A stretch of DNA of 64,000 nucleotides from Camelus ferus (lineage: Eukaryota): assembly GCF_009834535.1 (NCBI RefSeq), contig NC_045698.1, forward strand, positions 13,332,001 through 13,396,000. The letters run 5' to 3'. Positions 13,372 through 27,114 of the stretch are shown here, one piece after another. Both the position numbers and the translations under genes were made by a program. The notes under the pieces are model-generated. The model was given only the letters and a program-made list of their open reading frames with translations. It was not told where the DNA came from and did not search any database. Numbering within the stretch: the stretch's first letter is position 1; each line of letters opens with the position of its first letter.

Positions 13372-14408
13372 TTATGTTCTCTTGCTATTATTATCATAAT
13401 ATAACTACTTAAAATAATGGAGTAGGAAATGAAGTAACTTCCCTGATGCTGAAATTGTTTGCTGAGTCTTTCAAACTAAAAAATCCTTTCTCTCCCTTAC
13501 TGCTTTTTGTGTTAAGCAACCCACAAACATTCAATACCTTTAACCAGGAAGAAGGTAATGGGAGGTAATCTCAAAAGAATGGACAGACGGTCCACCATGA
13601 CACCAGAAAGATTCATGGAGCTTAAGGGGAATGTAGCTGCACCCTGTAAATCGCCCTGATTGTTATCACCTTTTCTGTTCCATTCAGTTTTTTTCCATAA
13701 AACTTCAAAACCCCAACTCCAAGTTGGATTCACGGTCTCTCAGGCATGAACGTGCTGTGATTCGCTTTTACCTGGCAAAGCAATAAAGCTGTTCTCTTCT
13801 AATCTTCTCAAAACTCTACCTCTGAGTCTCAATCTGTTTTGAGGGGACAGAGGCCAGTTTTGTGGCAACAGTAACACCAACTAATTAGCTCACAGTTCTA
13901 TGGGTCAGAAGACCAGACACAATGTGTCAGGGTTCTCTGCTCAGGGACTCAAAAGGAAAAGTCAAGATGCCATCCAGTCTGCATTCTCATCTGGAACGTG
14001 GAGTCCTCTTCTAAGCTCACATAGCTATACAAGAATTCAGTTCTTGAAGTTTCAATATAAGGTCCTCATTTCTTTGCTAGCTCTCAGCTACTGTCTGAGG
14101 CCACTCACATTTCTTGCTACATGTCGCCTTTCATCTTCCAAGCCAGCAATAGAGAAATTACCTCATACTGGGAATCTATCTCAGATCCAAAAGCTATTCT
14201 GTCAAGAGAAGCCTTGTCCCAGGATTTACTTGATGAAGGCAGTCCTTTCAAGGAAATTTTCAATATCTTATGGTCAACTATTTGGGACCTTAAGTACATC
14301 TGCAAAATCCTTTCACAGTTGCACCTTAATTAGTGTCAATGAATAAGCAGAAGGTTGTGTAAACTAAGGCAGAGACATTGGGAACCATCTTAGAATTTTG
14401 AATACCCA
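13372..14408 (-). mobile_element. MaLR LTR (MLT1E-like), interrupted by an ERV1 LTR
   Basis: 'ctcacagttctatgggtcagaag', 'gaattcagttcttg', 'taagtacatctgcaaaatcc', 'ccatcttagaatt'. Confidence 0.8.
13418..13870 (+). mobile_element. ERV1-type solo LTR
   Basis: TG...CA termini (ends 'tggcaaca'), AATAAA near 13782, 4-bp TSD ataa/gtaa; host MLT1 sequence resumes on both sides. Confidence 0.8.
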
Positions 14409-14651
14409 AGATTCCTTTAAATTAACTCCCATATCTGGAGCATGTATGGATGTCTTTTTTATGATCTCAGCTTTTATCCCCTCTTATTCATTTTTGGGCA
14501 TGCTATTATGGCCTCAGATCTGCCTAGTAATTTTTGATTAAATACTAGTCAACATATATATTTATTGGAAAAAATAGTGTAGGGCCACAAATGATAATGC
14601 TATATCATATAAAATTAAAATCCCTATTGCTGATTATTTTAGTATAATCAG

Positions 14652-14821
14652 TGGTATGGACTGAATTCCAGCTCTGCAAAATTCATACGCTGAAGCCCTA
14701 ACCTCCATGTGACTTTATTGGAGATAGGGACTTTAAGGACGTAGTTAAGGTTAAGTGAGATCATAAGGGTGGAGATTTGATTGAATAGAACTGGTGCCCC
14801 TATAAGAAAGGAAGATGGAGC

Positions 14822-14852
<31 letters not shown>

Positions 14853-15060
14853 CCCCCGCCCCCCCCCCCCATCTCCTATGTGAGAACACAAGAAGAAAGC
14901 AGCTATTGCCAGCCAGGGAGAATTCTTACCAGAAACTGAACTCTGCTGAAAACTTGAACTTGAGCTTTCCAGTCTCCAGAATTATGAGAAAATAAATGTA
15001 TGTCATTTACATAACCCAGTCTATAGTATTTTGTTATGGCAGCTTGAGAAAACCGTGACA
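14652..15060 (+). mobile_element. MaLR LTR (MLT1A-like)
   Basis: 'tggtatggactgaat...aaattcatacgctgaagccctaacc' to 'gtattttgttatggcagc...gaca'; 5-bp TSD atcag/gtcag. Confidence 0.9.
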
Positions 15061-16152
15061 GTCAGGGTTTGTGCTGGATGGAGACTGATTTGCATCCTTG
15101 ATAATGGTCTGCTCTTATTCCCCATTAGCACTTCCTTGTTTCACCTGGGAGCCTGATATACTCTGCAGGATTCTTCTCTCTCGTGGGACCTTATAGTCTA
15201 GTCTTTCTTTATCTCACATGATTGTAAAAATCCACATTTACTTTTTCAGTCTTTGCACATAGATTTCTGGTTTCCTGCTGCACAGAGACCTAAGACCTCC
15301 TGAGGGGCAATGTGTTATCTGCTATAAGTTGTACTGGGTTCTGACACGGTGCACACATCCTCAATGCCGTCCTCTGCAAGTGTTCGTGTAGGGCTTCATA
15401 AACTTCTCAGCATCCCGCCTGAATCAGCAAATGACCCATGGAAAAATGGTAACAGAATCCAGCTCACCTGTCTGAATTTCTTCTTTCTCTAGAATCATTC
15501 TTTTGCTACTTTAGCAGAACTTTATAGTTTTTGTACAAATCATTTCTCGATTTTATCTTTTTTTTTTTTAAATCATTGTATATAGAGACACTGATCTTCC
15601 ACCAGGTGTTCCATTCACCAAGAAATGACATCAGTTCAGGCATTTCAAGTATTTTTATTTACCCTGGATTATTGAAACTCATTTGTTTTTGTATTTAATT
15701 TTTAAATTCAAAATTCTTACTAATTATCATTCTTAACATGCCAAATCAAAGAGGTACTGATATAGGGGCTCAAATATCACATCGACTTTTATCCATCAAA
15801 ATTACACAGTTTATCCAAAATTTTAAGTTAAAAGCAACTTTTTAAATTTGTTCTTCAATCAGAGACAAATATTTAGAAATAACTGTCAAAATTAATACGT
15901 ATGTTTGAAATTGTCAGTTTCACAGCAGGTCCTGTTTAATTAGTAGTGCTTGGGCCATTTAAATGGTGATATGGTGTAACAGTGTGAGCATGAACATGTA
16001 ACTGCCTGAGGTCTAGTACCCACTCCCTGACTTTCTGTGTGATTGGCCAACTGAACACCTCTCTACCTCATTTCTCTGACCTACATGGTGAGAAAAATAA
16101 TTTCCCTCGCTTTTTTATATTGTTGTGAAAATTAAGAAATTTAATTTTTTAA

Positions 16153-16548
16153 CTTTAATAGACTTAAATATGCACCCCCACCAGTTTATATATGGAAGCC
16201 CTGACCCCATATATGATGGAATCTGGAGATGGGGCCTTTGAGAGTTACACGGGTTTAGATGATGTCATGAGGGTGAGGCCTTCCTGATGAGATTAGAGCC
16301 CTTTATAAGGAGAGACACCAAAGAGCATTATTTCTCTTTCTCTCATCTCTCTCCCTTCCCACTATGTGAGAACACAGTGAGAACGTGACTGTCTACAAGC
16401 CAGAAGGAGAGGTCTCACCAGGAACCAGCCATAGTGGAAACCTGACGTTAGACTTGCAGCTTCCAGAACTGTAAGGAAATAAATTTCTGTTATTTAAGTC
16501 ACTCAGTCTGTGGTATTTTGCTATGGCAGCAGGAGCTGACTTAAGACA
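16153..16548 (+). mobile_element. MaLR LTR (MLT1A-like) inside a MIR remnant
   Basis: 'ggagatggggcctttg', 'cagcttccagaactgtaaggaaataaatttctgttatttaag', ends 'taagaca'. Confidence 0.9.
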
Positions 16549-18094
16549 GTGTTTCACATGTAGTAACAGTAAATGTAATCACAATGCCTGGTTCCCCAGA
16601 AGCACTCGGAGATTCAGTGAAAGGAAAACACATTGGTTGATTTTCAGAATGTGTCTTCTGAACTTTTGGATGAGTTGTCAATGATGCAGACATATCTGAT
16701 TATAACATTATGTTTTGTACAAAATTTCTTGCTTTTTTAATTTTAAGGTTTCAACATGAAACCTATTGCTGCTAAGAGTATAGATTTATAACTATTTTTT
16801 GATATCAGTTTGATACCATCATTTAACTCATTGATCCATATCTTTCTCTTAAGCCATAGAGATCTTTGCTCTTAAACTTGAACTGACTTTTCTTGACCAT
16901 GAGAAAATGTAGAACTTTCAGCCCCTACTTTAATATGTTCATATTTTGAAAGCAAAATATTCTATTCAATTATTCTTTTCTTTATGAATCAGGCATTTAC
17001 AGGATAAATTCACTCTTAAAAAGTTGATTACTGAATTTCCTTAATGTATCAACTTGAATATCAGGGAAAGACATTTTCTGGAAGGACAGAATCTGTAGTA
17101 TGAGTAAATTTTCCATAATTTTACCTAAAAATAAATTTGACTATGCAGTTCAGATCTCTTGGTTAACTGAGGACAACATTCCCTTAGAGTATCTTTTAGA
17201 TTAGAAGTAAATAATATTGAAGCTCAGTAATACTTAAGAGGACATGATCTCATTATTTGGATATAAAATTAAAAAAAAACTTATGTTGATAATCAGTCTA
17301 AATTACACCATAGAAATACTGGAGAGTAAAGCATAGACACAGTATTCATTAAAATTCTAATGATACTATAAAGTGAAATGGATGCTAATGCCCAGTTTAA
17401 AATTCTTAACCGTGAAATTACAAAAAAGTAAATAAAAATATTTCTACAGGAAAAGGAAAAATTGTGCTGTGACAAACAAAACAATGCATATGCATATTTG
17501 AAAATGAATGATCCAGAATGTCCCTAGTAAGGGTTCTTTATATTTTATATTGACATACTATCTTTTCTTCTTTGGTAAAGAACAAAGGTCAGCTGTATGC
17601 AGCACCCTGTGAAATTGTATATTGTGAGCCAGTAGAAACTGATTCTGAGACATTGGTATCCACAAAAAGAGAAAGTGACCAGCCGGTTTTATTGACAAGA
17701 AATTTTATTGTTTTCTGTTCCCTCATTGAGATCTTAACTTCTTTATTGGAAAACTGATTTCTTTCTTTATGTAAATATTTATTTTCCTTTCAAGAAGATC
17801 AGAGTTTTTGTATTGGTAAAGGTACATTAAAATAATATTAATGGAAGTTGTGGATTAGAACATCTATCTTATACTCAGTTAGAATTTAATTTTGCCAAGA
17901 AGTTAGTTAAGGGACTAATTTTACTTTTACAATGATGAGATACTTTGGATAGGGAAGAATCTATTATAGATCTTCTATGCAGTTAATTCTAGTGAAAAAT
18001 GATAATGGAAACTAATATGCATGACTATCAATGTCTCCTACTATGGAGGTAATTATTAAGTTTAGTTAAGTTGTGTGATAATACAAAAATTTTG

Positions 18095-18490
18095 ACTTTT
18101 ATCCAGCCTTATTGAGATATAATTATTTAATGTTGTGTAAGTTTATGTTGTACAATGTGTTAATTAGATACATTTATATATCTGGAAATGATTACCACTG
18201 TAGGATTAGTTAACTTCTTTATTATCTCCCATAATTACCATTTCTCTTTTAGGATAAGAAAGTGTTAAATATGTTCTCTTAGTTACTTTCAAAAATATAA
18301 TATAGTATTTTGAACTACAGTCACAGTGCTGTGCATTAGATCTCCAGAAATTATTGATCTTATAACTGGAAGTTTAAACACTTTGACCAGAATCTCCCCA
18401 TTTCCCTCAACCCTCAACCCCTGACCACCACTATTCTACTCTTGTTTCTGAGTTTGTTTTTACGGATTCCATATATAAGTGATATTTGCC
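18095..18490 (-). mobile_element. L1MA9-like 3' end
   Basis: 'cagccttattgagatataatt', 'gctgtgcattagatctccagaa', 'ataactggaagttt'. Confidence 0.85.
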
Positions 18491-21239
18491 TTGGCAATTT
18501 CACCACTTTCTCATTGACATGGCCAAGATATATATATGAGTATGTATATGTGTATATATATATATAATATACTTGAGTATGTAGAATTCTTTCTTAAGTA
18601 ATTTGGAGACATAGGATTTGAATCAGAGGCTACACTGCAAATTTTAACCACCTTTTAATTCTTATTATATAACAGCAGAGTCTTACGTAAATAGGGGTCA
18701 CTTAAGGTTTGGAATCTTATTAAAAATCTTCCATACTGGGAGAAAGAAAAATCATTGATTTGCTTTATATTTTAAATACAAATTTTAAAGGTTTACAGAT
18801 TTTTTTTTTCTTTCACTGCATAGCTCTGCTAACTACATTGCTTTTCACAAATGATCAGAAAGATGTAAAATGTATTGACTGACATTAAAAAGCTACTCTT
18901 TTGGTATCATTATTTGCTAATGTGCTTGTTTTGGAGTGTTTGCAGGATGACATTTTCTTATATGAGTAAGGTCAGCTCTGTTACTTATTCTATGAAAGAA
19001 AAAAAAAGTCTTCTTGAAAGATGAAGCTATACATTTGACCCAAACCTCGCTTTAAAATCAAGAAATAGCACCTTGAGTTCACGTAGCTGCTCCAATCTAG
19101 GAGGTGCAGTTTCAGCAATTATTAGGCGTTATCAGGAGGTAGAATGGATTTAGGGATCAGTCATGTTAAATGTTATGTTCAAACTAATTTTTGAATGGCA
19201 CAATATTACCATTTTAAAAAGAGAGGCATACAGACCTGTAAATGGAAATGTGAAGTCTGCTTTGTCTTCCTTGTGGCTCCCTTGCATTCATCATCAGTTG
19301 TCATTTAAAGATATCTGGATTGCCAAAAGCAGGAGCTCTAAGGAAACAGGACTTGGATTTTGATCTTTAAGAAATGAGAAAGCTTGGGAGTGTTTGAATA
19401 AATCTCTGAATAGTGAAATTTACTATTTACTAATGTTAATCTTGTGACTCTACTCTAGGATAAATTAGAATTGAAAAAATGCATTGAAAAGCAGCATAGC
19501 TCAGTAAAAAGGGAATTTTAGAGTCTGCCATTATGACAGTATCCCTTTCTGCCAAATTCACTTGTCTCATAATAATTTTCAAGTTGATTAAGTTGATTAT
19601 TATGATACCACACACATGGTATCATAATTGGTATAATACAACTTGGAAAATGGACGAAGTTAGAAAGTAGCATTTTTCACTGGTGATGACAGAAAAGGAT
19701 TATGGAGTAAGTCTAATGTAAGCATTGTCCTGTAAGATGAGCAATGTTTTGAAAGATAAAAATATGGAGTGTTATGTTTTATCTCTTAGTGATTGCAAGA
19801 GCCCAGTCGCATTCACTCATGTCTCTTTCACATGCTTTGTGAATAATAAACACTGAGAGACGTGAAATTTATTCCCACAAATTTTCTCCTTCCTTAAGTC
19901 AACACATTTTTGATGAGCTTTTAGGTGTACAATAATTGACTTTCTTGATCTCAATTTTGTAAAGTATAAGACAGACAAATTTCAAGATATAATATAATAG
20001 ACAAAAGGAGATCTAGCTTCAATGTATTTATGATTAATTATCGCAGATCAAGTTCCATTCTCCTTCCAGTGACCAAATGAATCATAACTTGGTTAGGCTG
20101 ACATGAGCATCAAGGCTGCAGAGAGAGAACAAAATGAAGAAACCAAGGGAGGCAGTGGGAATGCAGCCTATATGAGTGCACGTGAAATGCTGCTGCGAGG
20201 AAGGTTGGAGATTAGCAACGTGGACTGTCAAACTGCAGACTTGCCAAACTCAGTCATCTAATTCTGCATGTTTTCTTCTCAGCCAATTCTTTTGTCAAGT
20301 ACGGATTGTAACGTGCTATGTTCAAGTGGAGATGCAACATAAGGAATGCAGAAGTAAGTCACAGTAGTAAAAAGCTCGGCAAAGAGAGAGCTGATGTACC
20401 AAGTGAAGAACAGAAAGCTTGATTCATGCAGGTGAGTTGGGATAGCACAGCCATGAGCAATGGGAGCCAAGAGAGGAGGAGGGCTCAGGGCGTGTGGCAG
20501 CAATGAGGAAGTGGTAGTAAGGAGGATTTACTAATTGGCACCGACTGACAGAGCCCTCAAGTTCATCATTAGTGTTTCAGGAAAATGTTTTTCTTTTTAA
20601 GAAATATGGCTCAATTGGGGGACATTTTCTCTGACCCTTGGACAGGGAAGAATGAATGAGGTGGAGAATGAATTTGGAACTTATTTTTATGGGTTTTTTT
20701 TTTTGCAGTATCTACATATTCATATTTATTTTAACTAACATGTATGTTGTAAATAATCTGAGAAGTACAGAATGTGTTTGAGAACAAATGTCCAATTTTA
20801 ATCTTAGCCTCTGATTTTAAATGTGTGTATGTGGTGGAATGTAAATTATAATTCATTAATATATAGATAGGCATTAATAAAAGCTTGAGGGCTTTATTTA
20901 GGAAACTTAAGTACAGGAAAATATAAATAAACAAAATAGAAAAAAAAATCAATAAAGCATGGTGGAGTCCAAGTCCCTAATTTCTCAGACCCAGATGAAG
21001 TTCAAGACACACATCTGGTTATACATGCAGCAGATCCCACAAAGGGTAAGGATAATACTTACATGATTTTAACAACAGTGGATCAAATTACATCTTCAAG
21101 ATTTTGCAGAATTAGAGCTAGTGTTACATGATTAAAGTATGTAAAGCAATTGTGCACCCTGTCCCTGAAATGGGTGTTTTAAAATAACATCTTCCATTTG
21201 ATTTTCAGTTCCTAGGGCTAATTTTTAAAATATTTTTAA

Positions 21240-21400
21240 ATTAACTTTTTATTTTTAAGTAAAAATTATATATGCTTAAGGCGTACAGTATGATTTGATA
21301 TCAATATGTGTATGAAATGATCACTACAATGAAGTTAACTATCTTTTCCTCACATAGTAACATTTTTTGTGTGATCAGAGCACTGAAATCTACTTTAAAA
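21240..21400 (-). mobile_element. L1MA 3' end fragment
   Basis: 'aaggcgtacagtatgatttgata...gaaatgatcactacaat...cctcacatagt'. Confidence 0.75.
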
Positions 21401-22129
21401 TATCTGCAGGAAATGTCAATAAGGAGTTTTTAAAAATTCCTTGCTATATTTAAATGTCATAAATTAGACATGTTATATAAATCTCTCAGAGCAATGGTAT
21501 GCAATCATCAATAAATGTTTTAAAATAATATTACCAATGCAAATTCTTAATATTACATTTTCCTTAAGCAGAATATTGGTGGATATTAAAAATGATTTTA
21601 TTTTTTAAATGTAGAAGTTGATTGATGTCATACTTACAAGCACACTTACTTATATGTTTAGTCATTCTAACAAGCATTGTATACTCAGATCAAATAAATA
21701 CTTATTTTTTTTTCCCACTGTATGCTCAAAAGTGCTCTCAGTGATAAACTACCTATGTATCCTTAATCTTGTTCCTTTAGTGGTCTTGGCCACAGATTTT
21801 TCTCTTGAAAATCAGGTTGCTGAACTGATTAGAAATTAGTCCCTTTCAAGTCTGCAAAACCTTTATGCTGAAAGCAAAGAGTTGTTTGGCGATAAATATT
21901 GTCTCTTAATGGAGAGCTGCAAATCTGAAGCAAGAAAAACAACAGATGGATATAAAATGAGCAAACCCCAATCAAGAACAGGATTATGTTTGAAGCTAAC
22001 AGGAATCTAAGTCATTCTGACTTCTTTATCTTTCTATCTGCAGAGCTTAGCATGATGACAAACACAGGAGCTCAATAATTGGTTTTGAAGAGATTTATGC
22101 GAATTCAAATATTAACTGACAAGTGCCTT

Positions 22130-23690
22130 TCTAAAGTAATTTTCATCCTCAATATTCATGGTATAGATAGTGTTGCTTCTTAATTTGTAGTTGACTTGAT
22201 AAGTGCACATATTGTAAACATCAGTGGTATTAAAGAGTTTTAAAAATAGCCGTGTCTTAACCGACCACATTCTATTCCTAGCCCTGCTTCTCTGAAGCAA
22301 TCACTCCCACATCCTTTTTCTTTTTCCTTTGGTATTCACCTCATTTTTCTAAATGTATGTTTTAGGACCATTTCATAATTTACTGATTTATTGATTTATC
22401 AATTGATTTACTATAAAGATTCAACTCTTTAATATTATCCTTCTACCGCCTCCCCATATTACACTAGAATTATTATATTGCTGCCTTTAATTAATACAAT
22501 AATAAAGATGATTTTATTACTATTAGTATGTAAATATTGTTCATAGCTGATTCAGAAAAAAAGTTTTCTTATGCACCTTAACAACATTTCCTGAAGTTTA
22601 TAATATTCTTTTCTTGTAGTTATTTTATGCTCCTAATTTTAAATTTCCTCAAATCTTCCAACAGATATGTAAACATTTAGAGGTAATCTAAGTGCTTATG
22701 AGAAACTTACTCCATTCGTGCCATTTCCCCACTGTATTCTCTGAGTTCCCATTTTGTAATTTCCCTTATTTGGATGTTGGACATTCAAGCATATCTTGTA
22801 TGTGTCATCTTTCTTCTAGCATTTTCTGTTTCTTTATTTTTACTGTATTTTCCAAGAAACTTTTTCAAGTTATCTTCCCTATCACAAAGACTGTATAAGT
22901 GCATATTTTGAAAAGATCTTTCTTATTTCCCTTTATATCATATATTGTTCTAGTTGTATAGATAGAATTTTTTTTAACTCTCTGAGAATATTACTTGTTT
23001 TCTCTTTTAAAATTTTCTTTTCATCCCTGAACTGTCTGCTTCTTCCAATTACCCTGGTCTTCTTAGCCTTTTTTGTTTGGTTATTTGTTTTGATTCCTCC
23101 AATATTAAAGTCTTTCCCCAAACATATGACATCCTGACTTTATACTCTTACATTCAAGCAAAAAGTAATCAAATTGACAATATTGTGTGCATGTGTGTCA
23201 TTTACTGAAGGGTGACTACCTGGATGGGATGCTAGGATTGTTTTAAATGTAATTGTAAGTGTATGAAAATTTTTTTCTAGAATTCCCCAGATTCTCTATA
23301 GAAAACTTTTCTAGATTTCTACTTCATAAATACAGGTAGGTAAGCAGAAGCATTGAGAGACAGTAATCTGTTACTTTCCAGGATTTCTGATACCTAAATA
23401 CAGAGGCTGAGTTTGGAGGTTCAAATGATCTGCATGCAGATTTTGCTTTAAGACCTGGGCTTCATTCTTATGCTCTGCTCTGCCTGATATTCTTGAATAT
23501 TGCGCCTCCATCATTCTTCAAATTTACTTTTGACTCATGTCCTGATTAACTTCATTCCTGCTTTGGAGATAAAAGAATTTATGTTTCCCCAGTATCTATC
23601 AGGGCTTCTAAAAGAGTTTGGGTCACAGGTAAGATAACTTTTCATAACTTTTTAGTTAGATTCTCTCCCTTTTTAGAGAAAAAGACCTCT
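22130..23690 (-). mobile_element. Highly decayed L1ME-like fragments
   Basis: T-rich antisense L1-like text, e.g. 'tttttaactctctgagaatatt'; boundaries uncertain. Confidence 0.5.
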
Positions 23691-23734
23691 TTTTGTGAAA
23701 AGAAATTTTCTTTGTGAAATTTTCAAGAGCAGGG

Positions 23735-23990
23735 ATATTCTGTTTCAGTCAGAATTACTCCAAGAAACAAATATCACTCTTGAATTAGGTGAGGACAGTT
23801 GGAGCCAAGATCTCTCCCCAAGGTGTGGGGAGGATGTGAGACAAACACAGGGATCTGGAGTGCTCAGTGATGTGCCCCCTGCAAATACCCTTGTGCCTGA
23901 AGGTGCAGATTATGGGGGCGTTCATGGGAACCTGGAGAACACAGGAGCCATGTGCAAGGCTCAACTAAAAGATGCTGTTAACCGAAGCCG
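23735..23990. mobile_element. Possible ERVL-class LTR remnant
   Basis: Start 'tgtttcagtcagaattactccaagaaacaaatatcactct' resembles ERVL/MLT2-type LTR termini; GC-richer than flanks. Confidence 0.35.
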
Positions 23991-24739
23991 TGTTTAAGTA
24001 ATTAATTAGAATCTTTGATCATTTAAAAAAGATGAATGTTGCTTCATAACTACATCCATGTTTTCAAAAACGTCCTGATTATTAAGGAATTTTTGTCTGT
24101 TCACAACATTCAGAGGTGATCTAGAGATGTTTCCTTTAATTTGATGTTATCAACTTGGATGCAGTTTTACTTCCTTTTACCTTGACCTGGATAGCATGAG
24201 TCTCTGTTTTTATTTTATTTTTATTTAAAAAGAGCTTACTTGATTGGTTTCCCTCTACAAAATTATCATAATTTAAAAATTTGAACAAAGAAATTATATC
24301 ACTATAAACCCACTATTAACATAATCACCTAATTTTAAACTGTGATTATTTTAATCCTTTTGAAGAAAATTTGAAATATTAATTCCCATTTTGACTATGT
24401 AATTTAGATTTTTTTTCTAAAGTGTTGTATCATTATGATTTTCTTTTTTGTTCTTTGTTGGTATTGCAGTATCTTTAAACCTAATTTTAAGGGTGATATA
24501 AAACTTACCATGTAGCACTCTTAACATATTTAATTATTTCTCATTGTTCAGAGACATGTTGGTACTGGAGTATATTCCAGCAAGAATAGAAATATGGATT
24601 CCCCCAGTCTAGAGAGCATTTCCCACCCTCCACCCTCCAGGAACAGCAGGGAAGCCAACTGATGCAACAGGAATGCAGTGAGTTTGGAGAAGAATAGTAA
24701 GTGAAGTCAAAGGGGCAACATGAGCTGCTACACGCTAAA

Positions 24740-25670
24740 TTTTAGTCAATTTGCTCTGGCCTTGAAGACACAGCTTCTAGACACAGCAGCTATACGCAGG
24801 GAAATGCATTCTGCCAACAGCCACATGGATGTAAAAAAGATCCTGAGCACCTCGAATGAAATTTCAACCTTTGTCCTGAGACAGGAAGGGGCAGGGCACA
24901 GCCATTCAAGGAATGCTGCAGCAATTAACATCAAAATGGTGAAAGATTCAACCCCCAGTAGCCTTGAGGCTCAGGATGATGGGAGATTCAACTTCTAGTA
25001 GATCTCGAGCTTCATTAGACGCTCATTGTACTATATTAACACAGTGAATAACATGCCCACAGGCCCATGGCAGTCCCAAGGCTAGCCACAAAAGGTCAAA
25101 GAGTAGGAAATGGCCAACTTCCTGGGAATCCTAGCCTCTTCCCCAGGCTACTTAGACTGGTCCTTCCACTTATTAGCATATGAAGCTACCAAAGCCCATA
25201 AAAACTGGCAATACTGTGCCTCGTGGCCGCCGCCTCTCTCTCTTCCTCTGTTCCGTGATGGCCCGCACTCTGTCTATGGAGTGTGTACCTACTTCTAATC
25301 TGAGCACCCAAACCCTACACCTTGTGGCCTTTCTCTTGCCTTTCAATATATCTCTCTGAATAAATCTGCCTTCACTCAACTGTGGCTCGCTCTTGAATTG
25401 TTTCCTGCGCGAAGCCAAGGACCCCACTTGGCGGGGCATGTCCCAGGGGCTCAGTCGAAGCCTGGGACACACATGGCCCTCCTCACGCCCCACATCTGTT
25501 TTCTTGCATCAGTCTGGTACCTTGATTTCATCCTGAGAGATCTCAAGGAAAGAAACCAGCTGGCAAGTGCCTGGAAGTTTTACTCTTGGAAAACCTGTTG
25601 ATGAATTCATGTTGTTTTAATCTTCTAAGCGTGTGACACTTTGTTAAGCAGCAATACAAAACTGATAGAT
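24740..25670 (+). mobile_element. MaLR LTR (MLT1-type), interrupted by an ERV1 LTR
   Basis: 'aaatgcattctgccaacagccac' before the insert and 'accttgattt...tttgttaagcagcaatacaaaactgata' after it. Confidence 0.8.
24877..25511 (+). mobile_element. ERV1-type solo LTR, family A copy 1
   Basis: TG...CA termini, TSD gtcc/gtct, TATA-like 'cataaaa' near 25197, AATAAA near 25359; homologous to 37956-38614. Confidence 0.92.
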
Positions 25671-25766
25671 GGCTCTACAAAGATTTTACTCTACTCTATT
25701 TCAGTCTTTCCTAAATAATCCTTCTTTGTAAATACTCAATCCCCTTTATCTAAATTTTTATACAGT

Positions 25767-26254
25767 TGTCAACTGAAAAAAGATAAAATTTGCACAATGT
25801 AAAAATTGAAAATTATCTTTTATTTGGTGGGTTTTCTGAAGACTTCCAGCCAGCGAGATAGCCTCTCAGATAACACTATGGGACCGCTCCAAAGAGGTAA
25901 GGGAGGAGCCAGTATATAGAAGCTTTTGCAACAAAGACCAGGTAGTTGGAACATCAGAAGATAACTGTTAATTAAAGAAAACCAGATATCTCAAGTTAAA
26001 GAATTGAAAGCTTTTCTACGTATGGGAAAGATGCAAGAGTCTGGCCTCGTTGAAATCATCCCTTTGATCTGCACCTTAGCCACCTGGGGCCTGGATCCTG
26101 TGCTTTCCCATCCTGAGCCCCCTCTGGCTGCACCGTGGGGGTGGTTGGCCCATTTGTCTCCATCCTGAGTTTCCTCAGGGCTCACTGCTGGAGGCAGCTT
26201 GATGGCTGCACCATCCTTTGTTAACTGGTGTGCAGGAAACATTTTTCATTCACA
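25767..26254 (-). mobile_element. ERV1-type solo LTR, family B copy 1
   Basis: TG...CA termini, perfect TSD cagt (25763-25766 and 26255-26258); reverse complement is homologous to 55030-55516. Confidence 0.92.
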
Positions 26255-27114
26255 CAGTGATAAAAATATTTTTGCATAACTAATCAGTTTTCTAATTACC
26301 CAGTTTAGCAGGGAACACCTTTAAACATAAAATGTCTGCCAACTCATTAATTTTGGAAGTTAAAAGTCACTGCTGAATGACACTATCACGTATGGTTTTG
26401 AAGCACAGTCTGCCACCTTCCTACCAGTAACATTAGAGCATTCACTTTATAAAAGTGCATGATGACAAATACAGAACTAAGAACTTCTGTTCACTGTGCT
26501 CCCCTGAAAGGTATATTTTATGGCAGGTATATACTTATGTACACCTAGGCAGTAATATACATTCTCTGAATATAGTAACATATAAAATAAGTTTGTGTAA
26601 ATACACATTTTTTGAGGCTTTATTTTCTGGCCTGACTTCTAACTAAATGCTACCCACTATGAAGGCTATTGAAGTGTGATGGAAAGCTAACATCCTATTA
26701 CATAAAGAGGACTGAAAATAGCCCTCTTTTAGAGCTTTCTTGATGCTATTAAGAGATGAGGAAATGTCTTCTGTAAGTTTGAACATTACCACACATTTAC
26801 ATGTAGCTACAAATCAAGTTACTATAACTTTGTTAAAAAAAAAATAAACTATTTGAATTCCTTTGAGGATAATAGATTTCAGTGGAGGGGTAAGCTATTT
26901 CAGCAAAGAAGGAAAAAAAAAGTCCTTAAGGCAAAGAATGAAGGAAAGAAAGGAGAGAAGCAAAATGCTAGGAAAAATTTAAACATTGATCCAAGCATGT
27001 GGTTTTATAAAATATTTATTGAATATTTACTATAATATTACCACAACAACAAAAAAAAATGAAAGGTTTTCAAAGATTGAGTTTTTTCTTTGTTGTTATT
27101 GCTCTTATAAATGT

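Noticed and set aside
13900..14346. 148-aa ORF, the longest in the window
   Set aside because: Lies entirely within a decayed MLT1 LTR; no recognisable domain or splice context.
20102..20260. Short ATG ORF (MSIKAAEREQNEETK...)
   Set aside because: About 52 codons, no promoter or splice support and no recognisable homology.
25173..25493. Similar ORF peptides here and at 38021-38281 (RKxFKSxPQLS..RFIQRD), suggesting paralogous genes
   Set aside because: Both are antisense translations of the same LTR family.
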